Of a stretch of DNA of 64,000 nucleotides, positions 38,275 to 50,094 are shown piece by piece. Numbering within the stretch: the first letter of the stretch is position 1; each line of letters starts with the position of its first letter. A program made the translations under genes and the position numbers. The notes beneath the pieces were generated by a model, which was given only the letters and a program-made list of their open reading frames with translations, was not told where the DNA came from and searched no databases. The stretch covers positions 72,416,001 through 72,480,000 of the forward strand of contig NC_043005.1 in the NCBI RefSeq assembly GCF_006345805.1. Direction: 5' to 3'. Origin of the DNA: Octopus sinensis. Its lineage: Eukaryota.

Positions 38275-38289
38275 TCTTGACTTCTATAT

Positions 38290-38700
38290 ATAGTTATTTT
38301 GATACCAGTCATATCCTTTCCATCAAGTTAAGCTCACTTTTTACCTTACCCATCATTCTTACAAGTCACGTGTATATATTCAATTTGTCACACATAATTC
38401 GTTCCTCTTCACAGCCTTTGTACATGTTCCGCATTGAATAATGCTTTATTAGTATGCAGTATCACACTTCTTGCACATACTTAATATAGACTACCTTTTG
38501 ATTAGATTTTTTTTTAAATTATTTCAACAGTTTTCGTCACTTTCTTAATCCTCTTAGAGCAAGCTGTAGTGCTAATTGTATTCAGATAATAAAGAAAAAC
38601 CATCAATTACATCTTGGAATCTAAGTAGTTTATGGTTTCCATTTCTTGTGGACTCTCTTACTGTTAACTGCAATTGTACTTCTCTACTACATCTGAAGTT
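38290..38700 (-). mobile_element. Degenerate RTE reverse transcriptase remnant
   Basis: On -: QEMETINYLDSK...KRIKK...KGSLY*VCARSVILH...EHVQRL*R, parallel to KGRLYDACVRxAMLH...EDMxRLER. Confidence 0.6.
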
Positions 38701-39184
38701 ATTACACTAGAAATAAAACTGTATCTTTGGAATTGGATACATAATACTTAGTTCTTTGCAGTCTCTTTCCCATATAACAGGCATACTATATTCCAAACTA
38801 TATCTGGCATATAATATTGGTCATTGTTGCATTGCCATTTAGACATTTAGTTTGTAGAGCATTCTTCCTAATATGGGCATTTCTCTGAGGTTCTTCGACA
38901 GATTGTGTAATGAGAACAAGGTAATTTCATCATCATTTTAACATTCACTTTTGAGTTTACTGAAGCAAATTTTCTGTAACTGGATGACCTTCCTGTCACC
39001 TACCCTCACCTATTTCCAAGTAAGGCAATACTCACCCATGGCCCGACATGATTTCACTTTTAATAATGGAAGGCAAGGTTTACAATATTGGAAGAATATT
39101 GTCTTCTTCCATCATTCCTTTTTGTTCTTTATGTAGTTCTATATATATATATATACATAATATATATAGATAGATAGATAGATA

Positions 39185-39575
39185 GCTCATCATCATCATT
39201 TAACGTCTGTTTTCCATGATGGCATGGGTTGGACAGTTTGATTGAGGTCTGGAAAGCTAGCGGCTGCACCAGGCTCCAATCTGATCTGGCAATGTTTCTT
39301 CAGCTGGATGTTCTTCTTAATGCCAACCACTCAGAGAGTGTAGTAGGTACTTTTTTTTATGCCACTAGCACAGGAGCCAGTCAAGCGGACCTGATATCGA
39401 TCACATTTGGATAGTGCTTTTTACATGCCACCGACTCAGGAACCAGTCAGGGGGCACTGGCGCTGACCACATTCGGATGGTGCTCTTTACATGCTACCGG
39501 CACAGGGGCCAGTCAGGCAGCCCTGGAGCAATCACATTCAGATGGTACTTTTTACATGCCACCAGCATGGGACAA
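39185..39575 (-). mobile_element. RTE 3'UTR fragment with several repeat units
   Basis: (CAT)n tail, reverse-complement motifs, repeated GGATAGTGCTTTTTACATGCCACC units. Confidence 0.85.
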
Positions 39576-40369
39576 GCCCATTGCAGATGCATCTTGTTAC
39601 ACTTTACTTTTAGTCAGAAGACAAAACATTTTGCTGATTTTATCTAGCTGTTCCATCTGACATCATTGAATGTTCTGCATGGGCATCCATAGGTTTGGGC
39701 TTGTAGAAAAATCCAGGACTGAGAAAGATTTCTAGCAGGTAAAAAAACTTCTAGATTGCAAATAATAGTTCTGAGGTAGAATAATTGTGCAATATCTTTT
39801 TAGTATGACAGTGATATAAATATTAGCAGCACTGTATAATTTAGTGTTTCATTAGCTTTCATTGCTGAGCTCAAATACTATCAGAGGCTTAGCTTTGGAA
39901 GCTATTCTCTTAAAATCATTAGCGGTGATCAACGACTAATGCATGCATTTGATTGGGGAAAATTGATATTGATTTATGTTGGTGAATGTCTACAAGTGTA
40001 TGCTTTGTACACACACATACATATAGAGGAAGAAAATAACTGGCAAAAATATATATAGGTAATATTGTATTCATAATCCAGCATTGTACACAACTGAAGC
40101 AGTGTTGAATTAAGATATTTGTCTATGTATTAATGTATGTACACCATTGAGAGGCAAATTACTGCAGTGTTCATCTGAGATGAAATATCTTAAATTTTTG
40201 CTGATTCAGCTCCTTGCAACTTACAGTTGTGTAGCTTTGTAGAGCAAACTTACAAAATTTGAAGCTAAATGGAGCCGAGTTAAGCTTTTATTTACTAATA
40301 TATGTAACTCTTACCAAATGTGTTTAGTGCCACTTTCTTTTGTTTGTCTACTCACTCATGTATAGACAC

Positions 40370-40403
<34 letters not shown>

Positions 40404-40419
40404 ATATATTATATATATA

Positions 40420-40668
40420 TATATGTATGTATGTGTGTATGTACGTGTGTGTATATGTTTGTGTGTCTGTGTTTGTCCCAACAACATTGCTTGACAACTG
40501 ATGCTGGTGTGTCTATGTCCCCATAACTTAGCAGTTCGGCAAAAGAGACCGATAAAATAAGTACTAGGCTTACAAAGAATAAGTTCAGGGGTTGATTTGC
40601 TCAACTAAAGGCGGTGCACCAGCATGGCTACAGTCAAATGACTGAAACATGTAAAAGAGTAAAAGAGT
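40420..40668 (+). mobile_element. Family B SINE, 3' half
   Basis: Microsatellite, CATAACTTAGCAGTTCGGCAAAAGAGACC, tail. Confidence 0.8.
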
Positions 40669-41062
40669 ATACAGCTATTTATTTATTTATTTATCTGTCT
40701 GTCTGTCTATCGTTCTATACACAAATACACATATACATACATACATACATACATACATGTGTGTGTGTATGCATGTGTATATATCTGTACGTATGTATGC
40801 ATGTGTTTGTGTGTACCCATGTCTAGATAGCACATGGTGATTGTAGATAAGCATCATCATCACATAAGTGAGCTTGTTTGTTTCCAGTCTTCTGTGAAAA
40901 GCCTGATCCTGCTTGGAAATATCTGAGTGTTGTCAGCAAGAAAGACATCCAACTATAAAACCTCTGCCTCAGCAAATTCCATCTGAACCATGCAAGCATG
41001 GAAAATGGGATTTAAATGATGATGGTACCATATTTATATTGTATTTATATTTATGAGTATCT

Positions 41063-41299
41063 AAGGCGGCAATCTGGCAGAAACGTTAGCACGCCGGGCG
41101 AAATGCGTAGCTGTATTTCATCTGTCGTTACGTTCCGAGTTCAAGTTCCGCCGAGGTTAACTTTGCCTTTCATCCTTTCGGGGTCGATAATTTAAGTACC
41201 AGTTACGCACTGGGGTTGGTATAATCGACTTAATCCCTTTGTCTGTCCTTGTTTGTCCCCTCTGTGTTTAGCCCCTTGTGGGTAGTAAAGAAAAAAAAA
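41063..41299 (+). mobile_element. Family A SINE with poly-A and 14-bp TSD beside a splice acceptor
   Basis: ATTTATGAGTATCT at 41049-41062 and 41300-41313. Confidence 0.9.
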
Positions 41300-41332
41300 A
41301 TTTATGAGTATCTTTTTTTATTTCCATTTCAG

Positions 41333-41547
41333 TTGTAAAGCAACAGATTATTTAGAAATTTACCAACAGCTAGAAGGACCTAACAACTATTCTGTAATCC
41401 GACGTTACTGTGGAAAAAACAATCCTGGTCCAATCCTAACCGAGAAAGGAGTGAAGATTTTGTTTCACTCTGATGACGATGGAACAGACATGGGTTTCCG
41501 TGCCAGATACAAATTTATTCGAAAAGATGAAGTAAATAAAGATACAG
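41333..41547 (+). CDS. Internal exon: C-terminal half of a CUB domain (SOL-1-like tandem CUB protein)
   Basis: tttccatttcag| ... |gtaagt; 215 nt, phase 2 to phase 1; CKATDYLEIYQQLEGPNNYSVIRRYCGKNNPGPILTEKGVKILFHSDDDGTDMGFRARYKFIRKDEVNKDT has CUB motifs C..DYLEI, YCG, FHSD and GF.A.Y. Confidence 0.93.
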
Positions 41548-41607
41548 GTAAGTAACAAGTGATATTACAAAATGTTTCTGTAAACTGTCTTTCAAGCTTC
41601 TTTCCAA

Positions 41608-41831
41608 CCCTTTCGATACCAACCCGGTTGAAACCACCTCTGGCTCTGTAGTACAAATGTCTTGTTTTCATGAGTTTTTAATTAAAATCTTCCACCAAAC
41701 CTTAATCACAATTTATGTTCCTAACACTTAGCTTAATGATAACTGAGTTATTTTACTGAATTCTTTTTGTTATATTTAAAGTAATTGAAAGAAACTCAGA
41801 GTATCTCAACAGAAATATGGTAACAAAAGGG
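41608..41831. mobile_element. piggyBac-type MITE
   Basis: CCCTTTCGATACCA ... TGGTAACAAAAGGG|TTAA (12/14 TIR match; left target reads CCAA). Confidence 0.7.
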
Positions 41832-41861
41832 TTAAGTGGAATTTAGCACAAAATTTCAGAT

Positions 41862-42258
41862 AGAGGTAGATATGGCTGAGTGGTAAGAAGTTTACTTCCA
41901 AATCACAGGGTTTGAGTTCAGTCCCAGTGCATGGTACCTTGACCAAATATCTTTTAGTACAGCCTTAGACCAACCAAAAGCCTTTTGAGTGGATTTAGCG
42001 GATAGAAGCTGTGTGGAAGCCCATCGCATATATACATGTATACATATGTATGTTTGTGTCTGTTCCCACCAGTACCTGGCAACAACAGTTGATTTCTTTA
42101 TGTCCCCCATAACTTAGCAGTTCAGCAAAAGAGACCACTAGAGTAAGTACCAGACTTTAAAAAGAAAGAAGTACAGCAGTTGATTTGTTTAATTAAAATC
42201 TCTCAAGATGGTGCCCCAGTATGGCCATAGTCCGGCAACTGAAACAAGTAAAAGATAA
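41862..42258 (+). mobile_element. Family B SINE
   Basis: Degenerate full-length copy with GGTGCCCCAGTATGGCC tail. Confidence 0.8.
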
Positions 42259-42550
42259 CAGAAGATGTGTTTAGCTAAAATTCCTGTCTATGTTATTCCA
42301 TATTTCTCTTGTCTCTTAAATCAAATGTTTCTTGTCAAACTATTCTAATGCAATCAATGTATGCTGACCAGACTATCTCTAATTCACAGTCTGTCAACTC
42401 TAATGAACTCAAAAAAAATCACTTATGTTTCAAACATTCTTCCTTCTGAGCAATGATATCACCTCTCTGTTGCTTTTTAAAAAAACACATTAAAACGATA
42501 ACTCTTTCTTAAAAATCACACATGCACACACACACACACACACACATACA

Positions 42551-42590
<40 letters not shown>

Positions 42591-42676
42591 ACACACACAC
42601 ACTGATTCTAGAGATTCTGTGCTTGACACAGACTGCCTCTAAGGACAAAGATCTTGATACCATCTTGCAATATGAC

Positions 42677-42790
42677 TACAGTAATCCCTTGCCATATTAC
42701 GGTTCACCTATTGCAGTTTATTATTTAAGCTTATATTGATTCCACAGTGTTGCTGTTTTGCATTTATAATAAAATAAATCGAAATCAAAT
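42677..42790 (+). mobile_element. pogo/Tigger-like MITE end
   Basis: TA|CAGTAATCCCTTGCCATATTACGGTTCAC terminus; other end not seen. Confidence 0.4.
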
Positions 42791-42794
42791 TCGA

Positions 42795-43203
42795 CGACTG
42801 GCGTCCGTGCTAGTGGAGCGCTAAGAGCAACATCTGAGCGCAATCATTGCCAGAGCAGCTAACTGGCTTCCGTGCCGGTTGCATGTAAAATGCAGCATTC
42901 AAGCATGATCATTACCAGCATTTCCTTACTGTCACTTGTGCTGGTGGCACAATGAAAAAACATTTGAGCAAGGTCGTTGCCAGTGCCACTGGACTGGTTC
43001 CTGTGCAGGTGGCATGTAAAAAACACCATTTTAGCATTGCTATTGCCAATACTGCCTGACTGGCCCTCGTGCCAGTGGTACATAAAAGTACCCACTACAC
43101 TCTCGGAGTGGTTAGCGTTAGGAAGGGCATCAAGCTGTAGAAACTCTGCCAGATCAAGATTGGAGCCTGGTGCAGCCATCTGGTTCGCCAGTTCTCAGTC
43201 AAA

Positions 43204-43205
<2 letters not shown>
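42795..43205 (+). mobile_element. RTE 3'UTR fragment
   Basis: Four ~60-bp units, then TTAGGAAGGGCATCAAGCTGTAG; cut by a (CT)/(TA) tract. Confidence 0.85.
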
Positions 43206-43248
<43 letters not shown>

Positions 43249-44504
43249 ATTGGTGAAAAAAAACTGATAAACCACTGCCCTTCATACAAAAATCCCTTAT
43301 AATATTTGTTCCTTCCAAATTGCATAGACATTCCCTTTTACCTCTCACCATCTTACATGCACTGAGTTAGCAATTAGATATTTTGAAGCATGTCACCAAC
43401 GACACTTCATTTTCACAAAATGCAATATAAAATAAAATAAGCATTAAAGAATCATCTGCCATTACTCCAAGAATTGTGATTTATCAGTGCTTGTACAGCA
43501 ACATGTTAAAAAAAGATAACACTGATGATTTGTTATGAGAGAGAATGAAACTTTCACAACATTTGCTTGTAAGTCTCATTTAACATTCAGTATTTCAAAA
43601 ATTGTTGGGTGGATGGAGGCAGAATGTTTATTAAGAGGGATTGGTTCAGTTAGATATATAAATGTCACAAAAAGCATTCGTTTCTTGGTAAGACCACAAG
43701 AAAAGCTCGTTGCAGAAAACATGTTAGCTTGCTAATGAGTTAGGCAATTACATAATGCAGATATGGAAAAAGGTGAAACTTTACTTTTAGGATTCGTTAC
43801 AACAACACAACGTTTGTTGTTATAGGTTTAGATTTTCTTCATTCATTTAATTAATTTGATATTATGAGATGATAATTAGCTTGTCAGCTTGATTAAAAAA
43901 TATGGCAGTTTTAGTGGAAAAAGAAGAGGAGGAGGTGATGGTGGTGGTGGCAGCAGCAGTGGCAGTGATGGTGGGGCTAATAATACTGGAATCTAATTAA
44001 CTACATTACGAAGGCAGTTGAGGATATGAGAACAAGACAGCTGGTACTGTTCCAGATTGTGGTGTTGCAGATGGATGCTACATATCCTTTGAGAATTTAT
44101 GTATGTTACTTACTATGCAATGTGATTTTGTAACAATAATGTTAATTGTTACAGGTAACTAATGAGCCAATCACTAGTTCATTGCATTTCTGGCAGTAGG
44201 TGTGTGTGACAGGAAAGCATCTTGGTACCTTGGTGCTGAGCAAATATCAACAGGGGTCCTCGTTTAAAGAGCACTGGCTTTCTGAGTTTCTCACTGATAT
44301 TTTCATCCTTTGCCAGTATACAGCACATACCATATTTTCACATGTATAAGAAATCCTTTTTTGTCAAAAATTAGGTTTAAAAAGTATGGGAGTTTCTTAT
44401 ATATGGATAGTATTATAATCCCTTACAAAACCTTTTTCCAAATTTTAAGCCTAAAAAATTAGGGGGGTTCGTTATACACAAGGGTTCCTTATAGGGTCCC
44501 CCCC

Positions 44505-44688
44505 CCCGCAACATCGCTTGACAACTGATGCTGGTGTGTTTACATCCCCATAACTTAGCGGTTCAGCAAAAGAGACTGATAAAATAAGTACTAGGCTTCC
44601 AAAGAATAAGTCCTGGGGTCGATTTGCTCGACTAAAGGTGGTGCTCCTGCATGGCCACAGTCAAATGACTGAAACAAGTAAAAGAGTA
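44505..44688 (+). mobile_element. Family B SINE, 3' fragment
   Basis: CAACATCGCTTGACAACTGATGCTGG...GAAACAAGTAAAAGAG. Confidence 0.8.
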
Positions 44689-45262
44689 TATATATATATG
44701 TAATCACCCATATGCACAAATGTATATATACACAGGTATATATATAATATATACATAATAATTTAAGGGAAGAAAGAAGTCAAACTGACATTATGATCGT
44801 TTCCATAAATGAACTATTCTTAATTTATCCCATACACAGTGATGTAATACGTGCTATAATATATAGAAATATGCAATAATCATCTTTTAGTTTGTTCACA
44901 TCCTCAGGTATCTTGATTTGGAAACATGATTAATCTATTCAATAAGCTTGCAATGCATTCTTCTGGTTCTGTCAACAACATGCAAATAAAGTGAACACTC
45001 AATTCTCTCATTTGATATATGCTAAAATATTTAAGACAATTAATCATACTAAAAGATACAGAAATCAAAATAAAATTAACACAAAAAAGCTAATTAGATA
45101 ACAGTCAAGATTATAATCATCCCATCAACCTACACTCACACACTCACTCACTCTCTCTCTCTTCTCACAAAGACACACACACGTATGTATGTATATATGT
45201 ATGTATATGATGGATTTCTTCACAGTTTCTATCTGCCAAATTTTCCTGTTACTACTTGCTTA

Positions 45263-45498
45263 GAAGGCGGCAAGTTGGCAGAAACATTAGCGTGCCGGGC
45301 GAAATGCTTAGTGGTATTTCGTCTGTCGTTACGTTCTGAGTTCAAATTCCGCCGATGTCGACTTTGTCTTTCATCCTTTTGGGGTCGATAAATAAAGTAC
45401 CAGTTTCGCACTGGGATCGATGTAATCGACTTAATCCCTTTGTCTGTCCTTGTTTGTCCCCTCTGTGTTTGGCCACTTGTGGGCAGTAAAGAAATATA
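45263..45498 (+). mobile_element. Family A SINE with 14-bp TSD
   Basis: TTACTACTTGCTTA at 45249-45262 and 45499-45512. Confidence 0.9.
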
Positions 45499-48186
45499 TT
45501 ACTACTTGCTTAAATTATCATATTGTGGAATCTAACCATATCCACATGGTTACAAAATGAGCTTCTTACCCACAGAGCCATGCCTACACCTATATAAAAT
45601 AAAAACTTTTCCAGGTGTGCTCGTTTCATCTTTTTTCCATACATTGCACCTATGGGCCTATTATTCAACATGCTCTTTCTTTGTAAGACAATAGGTTGTG
45701 ATTTGAGAGAGATTAACTCCAAGTTCAAATCGGACAAACAGCTCAGTAGACAGTCTTTGGTTGCCTTACTATGTCTCTTATTCTCTAATATGATGAAAAA
45801 TAAAATTAAAAAATGTCTTTACAGTTGAATTGATAATTAGCTTCTAAAAGTTGCTAAAGATAAAAATAGAAGAGGGTAAGTAGTAGTGTTAATATCTACA
45901 ACCATTCTACTATTTCTGTTGTACATTCTGGCCACGGAATTTAAATGCAATTAACCAAGGGAATCGTCTCTCTTTACTGATTATTTGGCTCTTAGAGCTG
46001 AATCATTACGGGATCAGTGGAGAAGTGGATTTCAATGGAATATATTTTTATTCATTCATCTATTTATTCAAATGGCTTGGTTTCAAGGAAACTATTGTAA
46101 TCAAAGCTTTCACAGTTCCTCTGAGGCCAATGACATCGGTCTGGTTAATGCTATTTTCTTGAACAGCTGCAGAAAATACATATTTAAAAAGTAGGAGTAT
46201 CACCCCTCTAGAGAAAGGTGATATTCTTGGAAATAAGGTCTGGGGAATGGGGTTAGAGTATGAACTTGGATGGGGTAAAAAGAGGTAGAGACAAGGGAAT
46301 TGAACAAGTCACAGCTGAAGTGATGCAAGACCAACCACAACTACCAGGGATCAAAGGTCACTGTAGTAGTGACAGACAATGTAGAATAATGAGACAGAGC
46401 TGTATGAAAGAGCTGTGTTGGTTGGTGGTGGTGGTTGTGGGGGTCATGCTGGTTTTGAACTATGTATGAAGTTGGTAATTGTTGAGAGTTGAAGTATATT
46501 TTGGCCTTAGAGAAGGATACTTGTTTCTGCTATGATGAGGATGTAAGAATAGGACAACAGTGATACTGTGGAAGAGTATTTGTAGTGACTTTATTTTGAA
46601 AATAATTACGGAGATGATCAAATTATTAGTTAATAGAGGAATCCTCTACCTGGTCATTTGACCAGTTATAAATAAGAGTCAAGTTTCCTTTGTATCTTTC
46701 AACACTGTCTTCAAAAAGAAAGGGAATTATTCAATAATGTCCTAAATGCCATATGTTTAAGAAGGAAAAAATACCATGGAATAGGCTTCATTTGAATACC
46801 TTTGATCTTAGGTCTGCTTTGCTAAGGTTGCCTGAAAAACAACACTAGTTTATTAGAAAGATATGGAACAGTTGGTTATAAGAAGGTGTAAACAATGGAT
46901 ACACAAGAGATGCATTGGAATTTATGATAGGCTGACAGTAAATAATTTTGAATGCACCTGTTACATATCATTTGTAGGTGAAGACAGTAAGCTACTTGCT
47001 ATAATACATAATTTATATATGTAGATATGTTATATGGTTTACTAGAATATAGATAGATATATAATGCATCAATTTCCATAAATTACTAGCTACAAATTAA
47101 AGGTCTGCCATTATCCATTTGCTTTTATTAATATTTCAAATTTGATATCAGTTTTGGTGGTGGAAATTTAAGAACAAGCCACATTGGCAGTAGAACTAAA
47201 ATCTGTATAGAAATAACCTTTTCAAAGTATGAATATTAAATGCAATTGTGTCCAAATTGATGATGCCAAATGAGATCATAAAAGAACGGTACATTTTAAA
47301 TGAAATAAATCAACAGCTCACAAAACAAGGATTGCATTTGATTAATATTTATTAAAATCTTGAATTCTTTCTGTATGACTGAATAGCTCTTTTATTTCCA
47401 AAAATGGTAATCTAATACCTACTTTGAGAAACATTAATTTCATATTTAACATGATTTGAAACCACTTCTGCTAATTTCTATTTTTTTTGTTTTAATTTTA
47501 AATTTTTTTTTTTCTGATTTTTAAAATTACTTTCTGCTCTGTTAAACGTATTATATTCAGTGACATGCATTTCCTGATTTATGTAAATCTGACATAACTA
47601 CATCATAGATTTTCAAGATCAAAAGAAATGCCAAAACTAGAATCTGCTTGTCAATATAATTAGAAATATTAAATTTCTTTCCTTCTCGTGTTTTTTTACT
47701 TTTTGGCTCTTTCATGAATTTTATAGAAATACATTGAAGAATAAACAACTTGCGACTGTGCATAAGACTAAGTTTTTAATTTCTTAAACATGAAATTTAA
47801 TTTCATTGTACTACTAGGTTATGTGTGCCTTATTTCTCTATAAGACTATTAACAAATGTTGTAGTCTTATAACAATGGATTGAGACAAAATATATTTTTT
47901 AAAATTTATAATGAGTTAGACAAGTGTCAGAGCTGTGTGTGAGTGTGTGTTTGTGAGTGTGTGTGAAAAAAAAATATATGTATATATATACAGTCCATTT
48001 TAAATGAAACAGGAAGAGACACATGATGGGGAGTCACTGAAGAGGGCGGGGTTATAGGATATGTGATGAAAGATTTAAGAGAAAAGTCATTAGAATAACA
48101 ATAATTATAAAGTTGAAGTGAAGACCAAGTATATAGTGCATGTATTTGATTGGCAAAAATATGACCACCCCTAAATATAACAATAA

Positions 48187-48486
48187 TTATGGATCTTTTC
48201 ACTTTGACCGACAGATTTTTAAAATAGTTTCTTTGTAACTAAACACTTTTAAACTTTGTATACTGGTAGAATGTGTTACATAAAACATCTTTTTCTCTTG
48301 GCTTTCTTGAGAAAATTCTGTAGTTTGTAATCTATTTGTTGTTTAATTTCTTGCATTTCGGCAATTTCAACCAATCAATGACATCTATTGAGGTGAATAC
48401 AATTTCTCTGGTTCTTTGTCAACAACATTTTCTGGCAGTTACAAAGAAATAATTTTAAAAATCTGCCGGTCAAAGTGAAAAGATCC

Positions 48487-48490
<4 letters not shown>
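48187..48490. mobile_element. MITE with ~38-bp TIRs (TA-flanked)
   Basis: TTATGGATCTTTTCACTTTGACCGACAGATTTTTAAAA ... TTTTAAAAATCTGCCGGTCAAAGTGAAAAGATCCATAA. Confidence 0.85.
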
Positions 48491-48517
<27 letters not shown>

Positions 48518-49334
48518 CACCCATACACATACACACACATATATATGTATCTATATATGAAGCAAAGAAAACCGATTACAGCCTGATCTAGCTATTGTTC
48601 TTAAAGAAGCCAGTACTCACCACCAAATCACCAAACAGTATCACTTTATGTAATTTGATAAACTGTTTAGTAAACTAGAAACTGAAACCAAATCTTCATC
48701 AAATCATACCAACCAGGTTCAAAATAGGAAGGACACATTGTTTGGATGATGTTAAACATTTCTATGTACATTAAATTTTAAAAAGCTGCGACAGTCACAT
48801 CCATAGAAATGCTTGAAGTGTAGGTTTGCTCAATCCAGTCTGACCTAACACTAAACACCAACATATATCCAACTCTAGAATTAATTTAGCATTGAGCTGA
48901 TAGTATTCATTAATTACTCATTGCATTCCTTCTTCAATGCATCCAATGAGAAACTTTTTCAAACTTTCACCATTTATCTGTCACCACTAAAATGGAATCT
49001 GAAAAATGAGATGATTTTAAAATTTTAATTCAGACAGCTTCAATGTAATTAATAGAGGTACAAAAGTTTAATTTGTTTCTAAAAATTACTTAACTAATTA
49101 ATCTTCATCACCCTCCTGCATCATTTAATTAATGCCTTCTTTTTCACACACTACATACACTTCTCATAGACTACTACCTATATTCTTAATTATGATACAC
49201 ATTCCAGGAATAAGACACCTGATGACAATCGGATGTCAAACTGATTGGAATATGATGTTGACATCTCTTTCTCCTTTCTCTGCATGTATGTGTGTGTGTA
49301 TGTATGCATTTATTTATGTGTGGGTGGACAAATG

Positions 49335-49640
49335 AAAGAACTCATTTATTGAGAGTTACATGCATGGATCAAAACAGGCTCATTCAAATTCCTTGGTACT
49401 CCAAGTTTCAAAGCATGATGCTAATGCTCAGCCACTGGAAATTTGAATCTCCAATGGCTGAGGATTAGTATCATGCATTGAAACTTCATCATGACCCTTC
49501 ATCCGTTGTTGGCTGTCTATCTAGTCCTCATTTCAACTCCTCATACAACAATATGAGTCTTCAAATTTAGTAGCTCCCATAAATTCTAAAATATAATTTA
49601 GGATTTATGGAGGGTCAAAGTTGAGAACAAAAAATAACTG
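49335..49640. repeat. Multi-hairpin dispersed repeat
   Basis: 37-bp inverted arms 49403-49439 and 49450-49486; 16-bp hairpin 49574-49612; 49595-49635 recurs at window positions 1-40. Confidence 0.6.
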
Positions 49641-49724
49641 ACAAGAAGAGTCATTAGACCTGAAATATATATATATTATATTATATCATTCTCTCTAGTA
49701 GATTATTTATTTAACTCTTATTTG

Positions 49725-50003
49725 AGTGTGATCGTTACCAGCGTCGCCTTACTGACACTTGTGCTGGTGGCACATGAAAAAATATTCAAGCGATGTTGTT
49801 GCCAGTGCCGCTGGACTGGCTCCTGTGCAGGTGGCACGTAAAAAACACCATTTGAGCATGGCCATTGCCAGTATCACCTGACTGGCCCTCGTTCCAGAGG
49901 CACATAAAAGCACCCACTACACTCTCGGAGTGGTTGGCATTAGGAAGGTCATCCAGCTGTAGGATCTCTGCCAGATCAAGATTGGAGCCTGGTGCAGCCA
50001 GTG
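49725..50003 (+). mobile_element. RTE 3'UTR fragment
   Basis: Same units and TTAGGAAGGTCATCCAGCTGTAG motif. Confidence 0.85.
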
Positions 50004-50094
50004 CTTGTTTCTAACCCTAGAAGTAGCATAATCAATTGTAAAAAAAAAAAAATAACTGATTCAAATTGTAAATTCACAATCAAAGTGTGTCCAT

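Larger units (their letters stand above)
37555..38285 (-). mobile_element. Penelope pLTR-like tandem and inverted array
   Basis: Direct copies at about 37555-37740 and 38095-38280; inverted partial copy 37743-37821 pairs with 37608-37686; (TA)n spacers. Confidence 0.75.

Noticed and set aside
43516-43570. CTGATGA...GAAA on +
   Set aside because: None of stems I, II or III can form; chance match
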